A stretch of 64,000 bases of DNA from an uncultured virus (IMG/VR IMGVR_UViG_3300027974_001778) (lineage: Duplodnaviria > Heunggongvirae > Uroviricota > Caudoviricetes). The notes beneath the pieces were generated by a model. The model was given only the letters and a program-made list of their open reading frames with translations, searched no databases and was not told where the DNA came from. The DNA lies in IMG/VR virus record IMGVR_UViG_3300027974_001778, positions 1 to 64,000 of that record. One strand, 5' to 3'. This document shows, piece by piece, positions 1 to 10,137 of this stretch (positions within the stretch are counted from its first letter, which is position 1; each line of letters begins with the position of its first letter). The position numbers and the translations under genes are program-made.

Positions 1-62
1 AAATGCGTGATTGGTAATATTTTGTTACATTTGAAACATTTTTTTTCTGTAATTTCCTCCAT
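1..62 (-). CDS. partial ORF running off the window; CxxC N-terminus typical of HNH/endonuclease VII-like homing endonucleases
   Basis: Manual translation from the ATG at 62 gives MEEITEKKCFKCNKILPITHF; only ~20 codons are visible. Confidence 0.5.
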   Translation of the reverse strand, partial: MEEITEKKCFKCNKILPITH

Positions 63-102
63 AATCTTTCTAGTATTTAATTATAAATATCTAGAAAGAT
101 TA
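62..102 (-). promoter_or_regulatory. start-codon-sequestering hairpin containing the TATTTATA motif
   Basis: Perfect 12-bp inverted repeat taatctttctag (62-73) / ctagaaagatta (91-102), extended by tattta/taaata; the 3' arm includes the A of the ATG. Confidence 0.65.
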
Positions 103-121
103 GAAAGGTATTTTTACCATT

Positions 122-982
122 TTAAAATGGGAGGTCTGAATCTGGTTCGTCATCCGATTGTGGGTCTAAAGTTACAGCTGGTGTAGATTTAGAAGTTCCA
201 CCACCAAAAGACTCGGTAGCTACTGAATTACTTTCGTAAACATATCCACCTTTTTCAGTGTCCCATTTTGGAGTCTCTCCGCGAGCAATCGCCTCAAGGT
301 AGTCAATAGGTTTTTTAGAATAAACGTCTAACCAAGTTAACTCATTATTAATCCATGCACTTGCCTGTGCTGGGTCTGTATGAACAGGAGCTGGGTCGTC
401 GTACATAACTGTAGATACTGTTGTATACTCCTTACCTTTTGGAGTTTTAGCTTTAGATAACTCAATAACCAAATCACGACCTTTTTCAGCATCAGTGATG
501 TCACCTTTGTTTCTCCAAATTGGAATGATTTTATCTAAGATACCATCATTCTTGTAATTGTGTTTGAATCTCCAAAATTTTGGACCGTCTTCTTCATGGT
601 CTCTGTCGATAACCTTAACGATATAAAATTTACGAGAACGGTATTGAGCCGCTAACAATTTGTCAGACTCTTTACCTGTTGCAATTAACTCTTCGTAAAC
701 CTCGTTTAAAGGTGAACGTTCGTTATCGTTCTTACCTGGGTCGTAGAACTTTTGCCATTGTCCACCTACTTGGATTTCGTGGTACCATGCTTCTTTGAAT
801 GGTGAAGAACCATCTGTGGTAGGAAGAATTCTTACTCTTCTCTGACCTGACTTCTCTTTATCCCCAAGGATTAAAGCGAAATACCTTTTCATTCTTTCGT
901 CTTGCGACATTTTACTTTGGGCCCCGCCCGATGCGCTTTGCGTTTTTTCGTACTGTGCCAATACGGCGTCTAATGAACTCAT
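122..982 (-). CDS. single-stranded DNA-binding protein, T4 gp32-like
   Basis: RVRILP...PFKEAWYH, KVIDRDHEEDGPKFW, DAEKGRDL motifs and acidic C-terminus DSDLPF. Start moved to the ATG at 982 because the TTG at 1018 overlaps the -10 box. Confidence 0.85.
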   Translation of the reverse strand: MSSLDAVLAQYEKTQSASGGAQSKMSQDERMKRYFALILGDKEKSGQRRVRILPTTDGSSPFKEAWYHEIQVGGQWQKFYDPGKNDNERSPLNEVYEELIATGKESDKLLAAQYRSRKFYIVKVIDRDHEEDGPKFWRFKHNYKNDGILDKIIPIWRNKGDITDAEKGRDLVIELSKAKTPKGKEYTTVSTVMYDDPAPVHTDPAQASAWINNELTWLDVYSKKPIDYLEAIARGETPKWDTEKGGYVYESNSVATESFGGGTSKSTPAVTLDPQSDDEPDSDLPF

Positions 983-1017
983 GTTTTTAAGTTTTAAATT
1001 ATTAAATGTGTTATACA

Positions 1018-1046
1018 ATTATAGGTGAGTCTATGCGTTTTGTCAA
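1018..1046 (-). promoter_or_regulatory. early/middle-type promoter of the SSB gene
   Basis: Minus strand reads TTGACA-N17-TATAAT (perfect sigma70 consensus); also readable as TTTG-N20-TATAATTG (Bacteroidota -33/-7 like). Confidence 0.8.
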
Positions 1047-1073
1047 ATAAAAAAGGTGTCTTTCGACACCTTT
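1047..1073 (-). terminator. intrinsic terminator
   Basis: AAAGGTGTC-GAAA-GACACCTTT stem with a T-tract on the minus strand, just after the 234-aa ORF. Confidence 0.85.
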
Positions 1074-1076
1074 AAA

Positions 1077-1781
1077 TTATTTAAATGAAGTTTTGTACGT
1101 GTCCGTTTCGGCAGCTCCTCCAGGTTGAAATGAATTTTTAATGTCAGATACGTTAATGTCTTTTACTTCGTCTGCAGTTAAAATATAATCATTTTTTCCC
1201 GTCTTTTCCATCTCTTCTGATTTATCATCAAAAAATTGTGAAAGTTTTTGGTTGAATGGATATGAATCGTAAGTTCTTAACTCTAATTTTTCTTGTGGAG
1301 TTTTTTCTCTGTATTTTTCAATCTTAGCTTCAAGTGAATTTAACTTATTCATGATGTTATCCATCTCTCCAAGTCTTGATTGTAAATCATTTAATTGTCC
1401 AAATAGATTGTTAAAATATTCTTCTTGTTTTGTTTCAATACTTTTTTGTGAGTCTACTAATTCTGTAATATCAAGTTCTTCAGATTCACCTTCACCTTTA
1501 TCTGTTTTTTCTTCAGACTCTCCATCGTCGTTAAGTTTCTCAACGTCGGGGTCGTTTTCAACATCTATAGGTTCTCCACCTGCTGGTGCTGGCGCTGGGG
1601 GTGGTACCGCTCCTGCTTCCGCTGGAGGTGGTGGAGCTCCCGCTCCTACGTCTCCTGGTAATGGTGCCAATGCCCCTAAATCTTGTTCAGGTGCTGCAAC
1701 GTCAGCCGCTTGTTCCATGATATATTGATTGATACTTTTGTATCTATCAATCTCACTTAATATTTTTTTATCTAAACTCAT
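1077..1781 (-). CDS. acidic, Pro/Ala-rich coiled-coil hypothetical protein (possible head core/scaffold-type)
   Basis: 234-aa ORF with low-complexity PAPA/E-rich middle and heptad-rich C-half. Confidence 0.65.
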   Translation of the reverse strand: MSLDKKILSEIDRYKSINQYIMEQAADVAAPEQDLGALAPLPGDVGAGAPPPPAEAGAVPPPAPAPAGGEPIDVENDPDVEKLNDDGESEEKTDKGEGESEELDITELVDSQKSIETKQEEYFNNLFGQLNDLQSRLGEMDNIMNKLNSLEAKIEKYREKTPQEKLELRTYDSYPFNQKLSQFFDDKSEEMEKTGKNDYILTADEVKDINVSDIKNSFQPGGAAETDTYKTSFK

Positions 1782-1786
1782 TTGTT

Positions 1787-2011
1787 TTATCCGTTTAATA
1801 GTTGTTTAATTCCTCTTGATGTTTCTACTCTAACTTTTCTGTTAGCGTTAACTTGATGACCTGCTCTTTCGATAAGTCCATCTCTTTCTCTAACGGTGTA
1901 ACAATCCCCTGTGTCTAAGTCACATACTTGTTTTGTTCCGTCTCCGTTATCTTCTTCAGAATATCTTGTAGATTTTCCTAAGTAGTTGTCTAATGCTGTT
2001 TTTATGTTCAT
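1787..2011 (-). CDS. hypothetical protein
   Basis: 74-aa ORF in operon context with TATTTAT motif upstream. Confidence 0.65.
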   Translation of the reverse strand: MNIKTALDNYLGKSTRYSEEDNGDGTKQVCDLDTGDCYTVRERDGLIERAGHQVNANRKVRVETSRGIKQLLNG

Positions 2012-2042
2012 AAGAATCTTTTTATATAAATATGTTGTTATG

Positions 2043-5000
2043 CTATAAAGTGAATGGTGGACTCAATACTGTTTGCACCAAGACTTCTCCGCCTATCGGT
2101 GATGTATACCCATATGGTAGATAGTTTATTTTTAAATTAAAAGTACCTTTTGAATTTACAGTATAAACATAGGTATATTTGTAGTCAATTCCTTGTGTTT
2201 TAGAAGCAGATAGTACAGGGTACCCATCTAAATCTACAATTATGTTATCACCATAATCAGCATCTTTAAACTCAGGAGCATTAAATTTATATGTTATATA
2301 ACCTCCCGCAAGTTTTTTAATATTAAAGTATTCAGTACCATTTCCTTGTATTACATCACTTTCTCCAACCAATGTAATTGACAATGGTTTTTCAGGATAC
2401 GTTAGTTTCTTTGTTGTTACATTATTTCCTGAACGAGTAAAATTGAAATTGAATGCTTGTTCAACTGGTTTTGGGTATTTAACTTTATCTGCGGCTATTG
2501 CATTAACAACAAATTGTATTGTAACTATTTGACCGTCCTTAATTGGTAACGTTTTAAATGGTTCAATAGGCTTATTAATAATAATATCCGCAACTTCACT
2601 ATATGTTATATTAAACACATTATTAATAACATTATTACTAAGGATTGTTTTTGCTTCTCTATTTAATTTTTTGGTTTTGGTATTGTTTGTTATAACTTCA
2701 TCAAACACAGATATATTCATATTAACATCACTTTTTATAGTCCATGTACCTGCATTAGGATTAACATTAACTGTTAATTTATTTGTTATTTCTCCATTAA
2801 AAATATCTTCTGTTGTAGATAATAATGTCAAAGGTCCAGTAGTTTGTGGATTTGTATTAATTGACTCCACATTTGCCAATTGCGTTGTTGTATTTGCTGC
2901 CGTTGGATTGGTAGCATCTCCTGGTGATAATGAACTAACCCCATTCAACGCAGGATTATAGTTAAACAATACATTCCCTGTAAACGTTCCATGGTCAGTT
3001 TTAATTTCAATTTTACCTGAAGCAGCAACAGTTCCTGTGGCAATCTGAGGTACAACAAATCTTAATGTTTCATCATTATAAATTGTTACATCTTTAAATG
3101 GAACAACTTTATTCATAAGTTTAACTTCTTTAGTTGTTGATAAGAATCTACCATTAACTTGTACAATAGTTCCTGTATATCCCTGTAATGGGGCGAACGA
3201 TGTAAACACTGGCGGCGGACATAAAATTGTTGAGTTTGCCATGCTTGAAACTTTGTCAATCATTTTTAATTGCTCACTAATACTTGCAGACTCAGCAGGT
3301 GTTTTAGCGTTTTTAATGTCGGCTTTAAGTTCTGTTTTCTTAATTGCCGATTTTAAATCTTTAGACGCATCTAAACTCGATAACCCAACATTAACTGCGG
3401 ATGATAAAGCTTTATATAATGTATCTGTTGTTTCTTTAAATTGAGTAATATTTGCATCATAATACTCAGAACTAACATTAGAACCTGGCCAATCACAAAT
3501 ATAATATTTCGCCAATCCTCCTGATAAAATTCTTGGAATATTTGGTTCAATTCTTGCACCCATAAATCTAACATATGAATCAAGAGTGTCAAAATGTGTC
3601 ACAGGGTGTGATATGTTTGTTGACGGATTACTCTTAGACTTAACACAACTATATGTTGTTGATAATTGAGTCGTTTGAGACCCCCAATCAACATCTAAAG
3701 AAATCATACCTAAGTTATTATTCCATCCGTTAAACAATCCAATTTTACTACTTGAGGTTTGTTGGAAAGTTTTAAGATACGACATACAATATATGATAGT
3801 TTGAAGACTAACATTATTTGGAAATAATCTTGTTAAAGTATCCGCTAATTCTTTTTCATTTTTATTTGTTAAATCTCCTTTCACTGAAACGTACTTACCA
3901 GGACTATTAACAGGATTGTACACTTTAAGAACATTACCCTCACAAGAATTTGTTGTATCTAAAGTATTATCTGCTTTTTGAGAAATTTGTTGTGCCTTAA
4001 CCGCGTTAGTTGTTCCAGATACTGTTACACTATCTTTATTGATTTTAAGAAGTTCTTCTAACTTAGTAATAAGGTTTTGATTAATACTCTGTAAGAAAGT
4101 ATCAATTGCTGGCAAATCATAAATACCCTGTCTAATTCCTGTAAATGTTGTTTGAAAATTACCAGGTTGTATTGTATGTTGCACATCTTGAATCATGTAC
4201 GGTCCATTAAACATTGGAACGTGTCTTAAGTTAAAATACATCGTTGGTTGTAACAAGGCATTACCTAAACAAACAACACTACATTTATAACTTCTTTGTT
4301 TATAAAGATTATATAAACTTACGTTTTGTGTTGCGGTTTGTCTACCTGACGATTGGTCAACCATATTCAATTGAGTATTAATTGATTCTGATGTTGCAGT
4401 ACCATTGTCTTGACTAACGCTAAACGAATAGAATATATTTTGATTTCTAATACCAATATCTACGTTAAACCCAACACATTTATTTGATACCGCCCAATCT
4501 TTTTTACCTTTATAATCTTCAATTAATGGATTTTCAGAAGCTCTCCTCATTTCAAATGCATCATCTCTAAATTTAAAGTTACCTTTAGGTAGGTCTAAAT
4601 ATTGCGAAGGTTTACCCGCATAAAAACAAACCATTTTTGGTCCTGATTTTCTATAATCAACATCCAAATATGTTCCCCACATACTATTAGCAAAATCTAA
4701 TGAACCCTCAGCCTTTGGAATTGTGGTTCCATCAACATCTTGTACGTTGTAAAAATTAACGTATGCTGGTAAATTCATAATATTAAAGTTATTCTTAATA
4801 AGAATACCACTAATAAACGTATAAACACTCATGGCTTGGTTAAGAGAATATTCTCCATTACCTTTACCTCCTCCAAACATATACTTCAAATCAAAAATAT
4901 CTAATAAGATAGTGTCACCAATATTTCTTGATGCTCTATCTAAGAACATAATATCCTCAAATAATGTTTTAGTTTTAAAATCACCACCAGCAATCCATTT

Positions 5001-8000
5001 GTCATTTAATGCTTTAAACACTTCGTAGTTCTCAACTTTACTTTGTTCTCCACTAATAACACTTTGTACTGTACTCGAAGGAATTTGTTGTTGATTTGGT
5101 AAAGCTACCCTAACACCTGACAATACACCATTTAAGAAATTATTTTGTAAATCCGTTTCTAAACCAAGATATTGAGTAATATTATTTTTAAATTGTGCCA
5201 CAGTCATTGTTGGACTCTTTAACCTTTGAGTTGCATACATTTTAATTATTGGCGTCAATAACACAACATTCTGTTCGTTGAACTCAATATTATTATCAAT
5301 AAAGAAATCAGTAATATACGAACCGTTATTTGTATAGGTAACTCCATTAATTGTTGAGAACCCAACATTGGTTTCAAGTGCGTTCCACGCTTTGGGGTTT
5401 AATAATTTAGATTGGGTTAGTGTTAACGTTCCTCCATTAATTGGTAAAGTGCCTTTAACGTAAGGGTTAAAAGTTATCGGGTCAGTAACTAATTGTTGTC
5501 CATTATATGAAAGATAGGAATTAAAAATTCTGTAATCATAATTAGATGGATTACCATATCTAAAAATAATATCGTATTCCATAAACGCTCTAATTCCATT
5601 TTGAAATACGTCATATTGTGAATTAATTGTTTTATTAAAATAATCGTCTTCTTTTTGTTCCGTACCTTGAGCGGGTACCGTCATTAATGTTTTAAATAAC
5701 GATTGGAAGTTTCTGTAATTGGCATTTAGATTAACAGGACTTTGTCCAAAAGTTACTGTTTGGGCACTAACATCCGTATTGCTCATTGACTTTGAGAAAT
5801 TTAAAAACTCTTGTTCAAATGTGTCCAAAATTCTTTTTTCAAAAACGGAAAATACTTCTTCAATTTTTGAATATGAATTTGTGTTTAAAAAATGAATAGG
5901 TGTTTGTGGATTCTTAGTATCAATAAAATTAAGATATGAATCAGGACTTGGGAATGCTATTTGATTATTGTCATAATATCCAAAGTTTGGCGCGGGCCAT
6001 AAACACCTAACAGAACCGTTATAAACACTACTATTTGATGTTAAGTTTATTTTGGTAGTTGGGGAAGTTGTGTCATTTGTCAAACAAGCTCCTGCGGTTT
6101 GATTAAATGAAGTTCCAAAAGATGGAACAACAAAATACTGTATTCCTTTCGTATTATCTTTAGGATTACAGTTAATACCTATTTCGGGTGTTTTATTTGG
6201 AATCATTACCGACCAAGTTATTAGTCTTAAATTTTTTGTTCCTTGGGTTGCGGTATTAATATTTGAAGTTAGAAAATTATACATCTTCAATCCATTGTTA
6301 ACACTTTCTTGAATTTCTGAGTCAGTATATCCTTCATACAAATTATATCCATTATAAAATAAGTTGAAGTCGTTAATTAATTTAGGATAAAACCCTATTT
6401 GCATATTAACGTTGTCTGTAGTTTCACTTTGTAACACTACAGGTCTATCAACTCCTTCGTATTTAAATGTATAAGGTTTTGTTGTGGTATTAGTTATTGG
6501 GTCATAGTTTATAGTATAGTCAAAGTTTTTCCAAACATCTGTTAAGATATCAACTCCAGTGTCTTTGTATTTTTTATATCTATGCCAAACGGAACCATAC
6601 TTTATCATCCAAGCATATGGTATTTTATGTATTGCACCAAATTTTTTAAAACAAGATGCAATGTAATCTAAGTCAGTTGTTACATTACCGTCAGTTGTTG
6701 TCTTATATTTTTCTCTTAAACTCGCTAATGGTAATGAATTAAGGAAAAGATATGCCGCTTGTACATAAGGGTATGGGTCATTAATTTTAGAATTGGCAAC
6801 TCCATTTTGAATTGCATTAACAAAGTACGGAGTATTCAACATTGATGTTGTAGTTCTTGGTCCTAAAAACCCTGTTGGTGTTGTATAGTCACAATATCCC
6901 TCAGTAGCAATAAAATTATTAGGAGTTCTTGTTGTATAAAATGCGGATAACCCTGGTATTGCACCTGAATAAACTCCTGAAACTATAGCAGATAAAGTTG
7001 GATTTTGAATTAACAAATAAGAAAAATTAGTTACGGGTCGATTTGTTTTGTAATTATTAACATCTTCAAAATTTGCAATAATCTTTCTTGGTTCAAAAAT
7101 TTTCAATGTTTTTTTAGTATCATAAACTTGATTACCCGCAGATGTTGAACTTTGATTTAAGTTATTTAAACACCATGATGGGTCAGTAAATGGTAAAGTA
7201 TCAACAACCATAGGTTCATTAGATGCGTTCGCAATTAGTTTTGCAAGAGCTTCCGATTTGGTACTAAGTTGTGGTATTTTACCTAAATCATTAATACTCA
7301 ATACACTAAAAGAATTATTAGTGATAGATTTAATATACGGTGTTACAAAGAAATCTCTAATATGGTCTTGATATGCTCTACCTGTACCCATATTTGATAT
7401 GGTACTTAAAAATTGTTCGTAGTTAGATGCATTTAATCCGTAGTTTTTTAATTTAAAAGTAATATATGGTGAACTCACTCCTAAACTTGTTGTAATATTA
7501 CTAACCTCAGTTTCAATATTAAGTTTAAGTAAGTCATTAATTTGACCTAAGTTAGCCCTAACTAACCCTGAATAGTGTGAAGTTAAAAATTGTCTCTCCC
7601 ATATTTCGTAATAAAATTTAATCTCTTCTTTATTCTCATAGGCAATTCCTAATGATGGAAATTCAATTGGATTAATATTAATAATATTTGTATCTCTTTG
7701 ATTAGCTAATGGAGGCGCAGAACTAGGGTTTTGAAACTTCATTGTTAGTCCTTTCATATACTCTTCCACAAATTGTACCTCAGGCCATTTAGCGTAATTA
7801 CCTCCTTGTGTTCTATCAATAACTGTTGGGTCTGCGATATATTTTAGTTGGAATCTACCTTTTTTGTCTTCAGGTGTTTCAACAAAAAATTGTGGCCAAG
7901 GATAAACAGGAATTTGAGCATTCTCAGCTGCGGTATTACCCAATAAAGAACCTTGTGTTTGTTTTACATATCCTCTTGTTTCAGAACTTGGAGCTGAAGC

Positions 8001-9824
8001 ATCGTTATCTAAAATCGCGGCCTTTCTAACAGGGTCGTATTTTACGTTCCAAGCTTTAGTATGGACATCATCCATTAATCTAATAAAACCTTCAGCGGAT
8101 GCCATGACAACCGCAATCATATTTCTAACCGTAGGTTTAAACCCAAGTCCAGTATCTTTATCTTCAATCTTTCTTAATAAAGCTTCGGTTATTATTGACT
8201 CATATTCCGATAATTTTTTATTTGCTGTTGTTTCTAAAGAAGATATTGTTGCATCAAATTTACCCTCCCCTTCAAACACAAACCATTTTTCTTTTGTTAA
8301 ACTATAACTCTCTTTTCCATTAACATCCGTCACTTGAATATTATTAACAATTCCAACAAATTTAGCTCGAACTGCGTCTATTGATTCTTGAGTTGGTGTT
8401 ATAATCCCTGTCTGAGCCCTTGTAGTCTCAACCCAATCAATTTGAGAATCACTTGGAGCTTCAATTACAATCATATCCAATTTAATTGGATTTGGGATTG
8501 GAGATGTTCCTTTAACTCCAAGGGTTGTATTACCTGCAAGGGCTTCATTAAATTTTTTAATGTTACTATCTAATAATGATAGTGCATCTGTCTTAGTAGT
8601 TTCATTTGTGGTATTAAAAACGTAAACTTTTGTTTTCTTATCCTCTAAATAAATCGCTTTTGGGTTCAAATAGGTATTAAACCATGAACTATTTGAATTT
8701 CTAATACTTGAAAAGTATTGTGTTAAAATACCTTTATAATTCCTAATATTAGTTAAAGATTCAACATCAGCCTTTGGAAAAGAATTTGTAATGTTTTGTT
8801 CAAACGTATCCAATTTTGCCATTAACTGAATTAATGTAAGTTCGGGTAAGTCTTTAGGTATTAAACCTTTGGCTTTGTATTCACTATAAACTTCAACAAT
8901 TTTTTGATACCCAATTTCAGTAACTAATTCAGTAACAACTGCGTCACTACTATTAGTATTATTGGCTCCAATCGCAGCTTGTACTTTTGATTGGGACTCA
9001 TTTGCTTTATTTGAAGTTTGAGGTGTTACTGGTGTTTGTGAAAAATTAAACCTCTGAGCATACATGTGTGGTGTTGCCAATAAATGTCCCATCGCAACCT
9101 CATTCAATATGTTAAATTTATAACCTTTAAATGTTAAAGTTATTTGATAATTCCCACTAAGCGAATTAAATGCCGCATGAAACTTTTCTAAATTAAGTTG
9201 ATATCTTACCGCCTGGCCATAAAACCCTTTAAGGGTTAAGTAAAATGGTGGATAAGGTAAATTAAAAAAGGCTGAGTATGGTGAATTATTTCCTAATTGA
9301 AATAACGCTTTACCCTGAACATCTTCCAATAGCATTGTTACTGAAGGTATGAATGAACTATTGGTTGTAATATTAATACTAGTAATACCTAACAACCCAT
9401 TATCTATTACATTTGCCTCATTGGCAACACTATTTGTAAAAAATGGTTTTGCTCCTCCGCTAGGTTGTTGTCCTATCTGAGCTGGTTGGTTAGTTCCATC
9501 AAATTTAGTTGCATTTTGACCAGTTAACTCGTCGTAGTATCCTGTACCTAAGTAACTATTTTTAGTTGGTTTAAGAAAATTAAGTTTTGCGACAGAAATT
9601 GTTTGTAACCCACTATCTTCAGGACTAATACCAACCGCTAGTTTTGTTCTTGGTAAAACATCCGCCTCTAAATTAGCATACATAACTAAGTTTTCATGGT
9701 CAACTAATCTTTCTTGAATTTTTCCATTACTAATTGTTTTGTTTGGGTCGACTAAAATAAGGTTATTATAGTCAAACTCAACATATATGTCTCCACTCTT
9801 GTCTGGTGATAGGTTACCTGCCAT
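2043..9824 (-). CDS. very large virion structural protein, probable baseplate hub-type, with C-terminal IPT/TIG-like domain
   Basis: 2593 aa in the tail module; hub-like segment (CSVVCLGNALLQPTMYF...YMIQDVQHTI...TTFTGIR); IPT-like PVFTSFAPLQGYTGTIVQVNG. Confidence 0.65.
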   Translation of the reverse strand: MAGNLSPDKSGDIYVEFDYNNLILVDPNKTISNGKIQERLVDHENLVMYANLEADVLPRTKLAVGISPEDSGLQTISVAKLNFLKPTKNSYLGTGYYDELTGQNATKFDGTNQPAQIGQQPSGGAKPFFTNSVANEANVIDNGLLGITSINITTNSSFIPSVTMLLEDVQGKALFQLGNNSPYSAFFNLPYPPFYLTLKGFYGQAVRYQLNLEKFHAAFNSLSGNYQITLTFKGYKFNILNEVAMGHLLATPHMYAQRFNFSQTPVTPQTSNKANESQSKVQAAIGANNTNSSDAVVTELVTEIGYQKIVEVYSEYKAKGLIPKDLPELTLIQLMAKLDTFEQNITNSFPKADVESLTNIRNYKGILTQYFSSIRNSNSSWFNTYLNPKAIYLEDKKTKVYVFNTTNETTKTDALSLLDSNIKKFNEALAGNTTLGVKGTSPIPNPIKLDMIVIEAPSDSQIDWVETTRAQTGIITPTQESIDAVRAKFVGIVNNIQVTDVNGKESYSLTKEKWFVFEGEGKFDATISSLETTANKKLSEYESIITEALLRKIEDKDTGLGFKPTVRNMIAVVMASAEGFIRLMDDVHTKAWNVKYDPVRKAAILDNDASAPSSETRGYVKQTQGSLLGNTAAENAQIPVYPWPQFFVETPEDKKGRFQLKYIADPTVIDRTQGGNYAKWPEVQFVEEYMKGLTMKFQNPSSAPPLANQRDTNIININPIEFPSLGIAYENKEEIKFYYEIWERQFLTSHYSGLVRANLGQINDLLKLNIETEVSNITTSLGVSSPYITFKLKNYGLNASNYEQFLSTISNMGTGRAYQDHIRDFFVTPYIKSITNNSFSVLSINDLGKIPQLSTKSEALAKLIANASNEPMVVDTLPFTDPSWCLNNLNQSSTSAGNQVYDTKKTLKIFEPRKIIANFEDVNNYKTNRPVTNFSYLLIQNPTLSAIVSGVYSGAIPGLSAFYTTRTPNNFIATEGYCDYTTPTGFLGPRTTTSMLNTPYFVNAIQNGVANSKINDPYPYVQAAYLFLNSLPLASLREKYKTTTDGNVTTDLDYIASCFKKFGAIHKIPYAWMIKYGSVWHRYKKYKDTGVDILTDVWKNFDYTINYDPITNTTTKPYTFKYEGVDRPVVLQSETTDNVNMQIGFYPKLINDFNLFYNGYNLYEGYTDSEIQESVNNGLKMYNFLTSNINTATQGTKNLRLITWSVMIPNKTPEIGINCNPKDNTKGIQYFVVPSFGTSFNQTAGACLTNDTTSPTTKINLTSNSSVYNGSVRCLWPAPNFGYYDNNQIAFPSPDSYLNFIDTKNPQTPIHFLNTNSYSKIEEVFSVFEKRILDTFEQEFLNFSKSMSNTDVSAQTVTFGQSPVNLNANYRNFQSLFKTLMTVPAQGTEQKEDDYFNKTINSQYDVFQNGIRAFMEYDIIFRYGNPSNYDYRIFNSYLSYNGQQLVTDPITFNPYVKGTLPINGGTLTLTQSKLLNPKAWNALETNVGFSTINGVTYTNNGSYITDFFIDNNIEFNEQNVVLLTPIIKMYATQRLKSPTMTVAQFKNNITQYLGLETDLQNNFLNGVLSGVRVALPNQQQIPSSTVQSVISGEQSKVENYEVFKALNDKWIAGGDFKTKTLFEDIMFLDRASRNIGDTILLDIFDLKYMFGGGKGNGEYSLNQAMSVYTFISGILIKNNFNIMNLPAYVNFYNVQDVDGTTIPKAEGSLDFANSMWGTYLDVDYRKSGPKMVCFYAGKPSQYLDLPKGNFKFRDDAFEMRRASENPLIEDYKGKKDWAVSNKCVGFNVDIGIRNQNIFYSFSVSQDNGTATSESINTQLNMVDQSSGRQTATQNVSLYNLYKQRSYKCSVVCLGNALLQPTMYFNLRHVPMFNGPYMIQDVQHTIQPGNFQTTFTGIRQGIYDLPAIDTFLQSINQNLITKLEELLKINKDSVTVSGTTNAVKAQQISQKADNTLDTTNSCEGNVLKVYNPVNSPGKYVSVKGDLTNKNEKELADTLTRLFPNNVSLQTIIYCMSYLKTFQQTSSSKIGLFNGWNNNLGMISLDVDWGSQTTQLSTTYSCVKSKSNPSTNISHPVTHFDTLDSYVRFMGARIEPNIPRILSGGLAKYYICDWPGSNVSSEYYDANITQFKETTDTLYKALSSAVNVGLSSLDASKDLKSAIKKTELKADIKNAKTPAESASISEQLKMIDKVSSMANSTILCPPPVFTSFAPLQGYTGTIVQVNGRFLSTTKEVKLMNKVVPFKDVTIYNDETLRFVVPQIATGTVAASGKIEIKTDHGTFTGNVLFNYNPALNGVSSLSPGDATNPTAANTTTQLANVESINTNPQTTGPLTLLSTTEDIFNGEITNKLTVNVNPNAGTWTIKSDVNMNISVFDEVITNNTKTKKLNREAKTILSNNVINNVFNITYSEVADIIINKPIEPFKTLPIKDGQIVTIQFVVNAIAADKVKYPKPVEQAFNFNFTRSGNNVTTKKLTYPEKPLSITLVGESDVIQGNGTEYFNIKKLAGGYITYKFNAPEFKDADYGDNIIVDLDGYPVLSASKTQGIDYKYTYVYTVNSKGTFNLKINYLPYGYTSPIGGEVLVQTVLSPPFTL

Positions 9825-10137
9825 AATAATAAAAATAATTTTCTAAAGCCGCTTTATAGTCCTGTAAAGATGGTAGTAATGGGAAAGGAATAGTCAACAC
9901 CGCTCCATCATATATATTGTTTTCAAGTCCTCCAAATTGTGGATTTGCTTGAAGTATTAGCCAACTAAACACAGGTGAGCTATAATATTCTTGTGATACC
10001 TTATCTAATCTACTTTGAGCAACTTTATATATATATGACACATCAGTTGCTTTTTGAGGTATGTAAACATATGGCACAACAGTTTGCTCACCATTAATTA
10101 AAAAATCACTATATCTATTCCAATATTGATATGCCAT
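9814..10137 (-). CDS. baseplate wedge subunit (gp53/LysM/tail-X-like)
   Basis: RLDKVSQEYYSSPVFSWLILQANP...GAVLTIP pattern. Confidence 0.75.
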   Translation of the reverse strand: MAYQYWNRYSDFLINGEQTVVPYVYIPQKATDVSYIYKVAQSRLDKVSQEYYSSPVFSWLILQANPQFGGLENNIYDGAVLTIPFPLLPSLQDYKAALENYFYYYGR

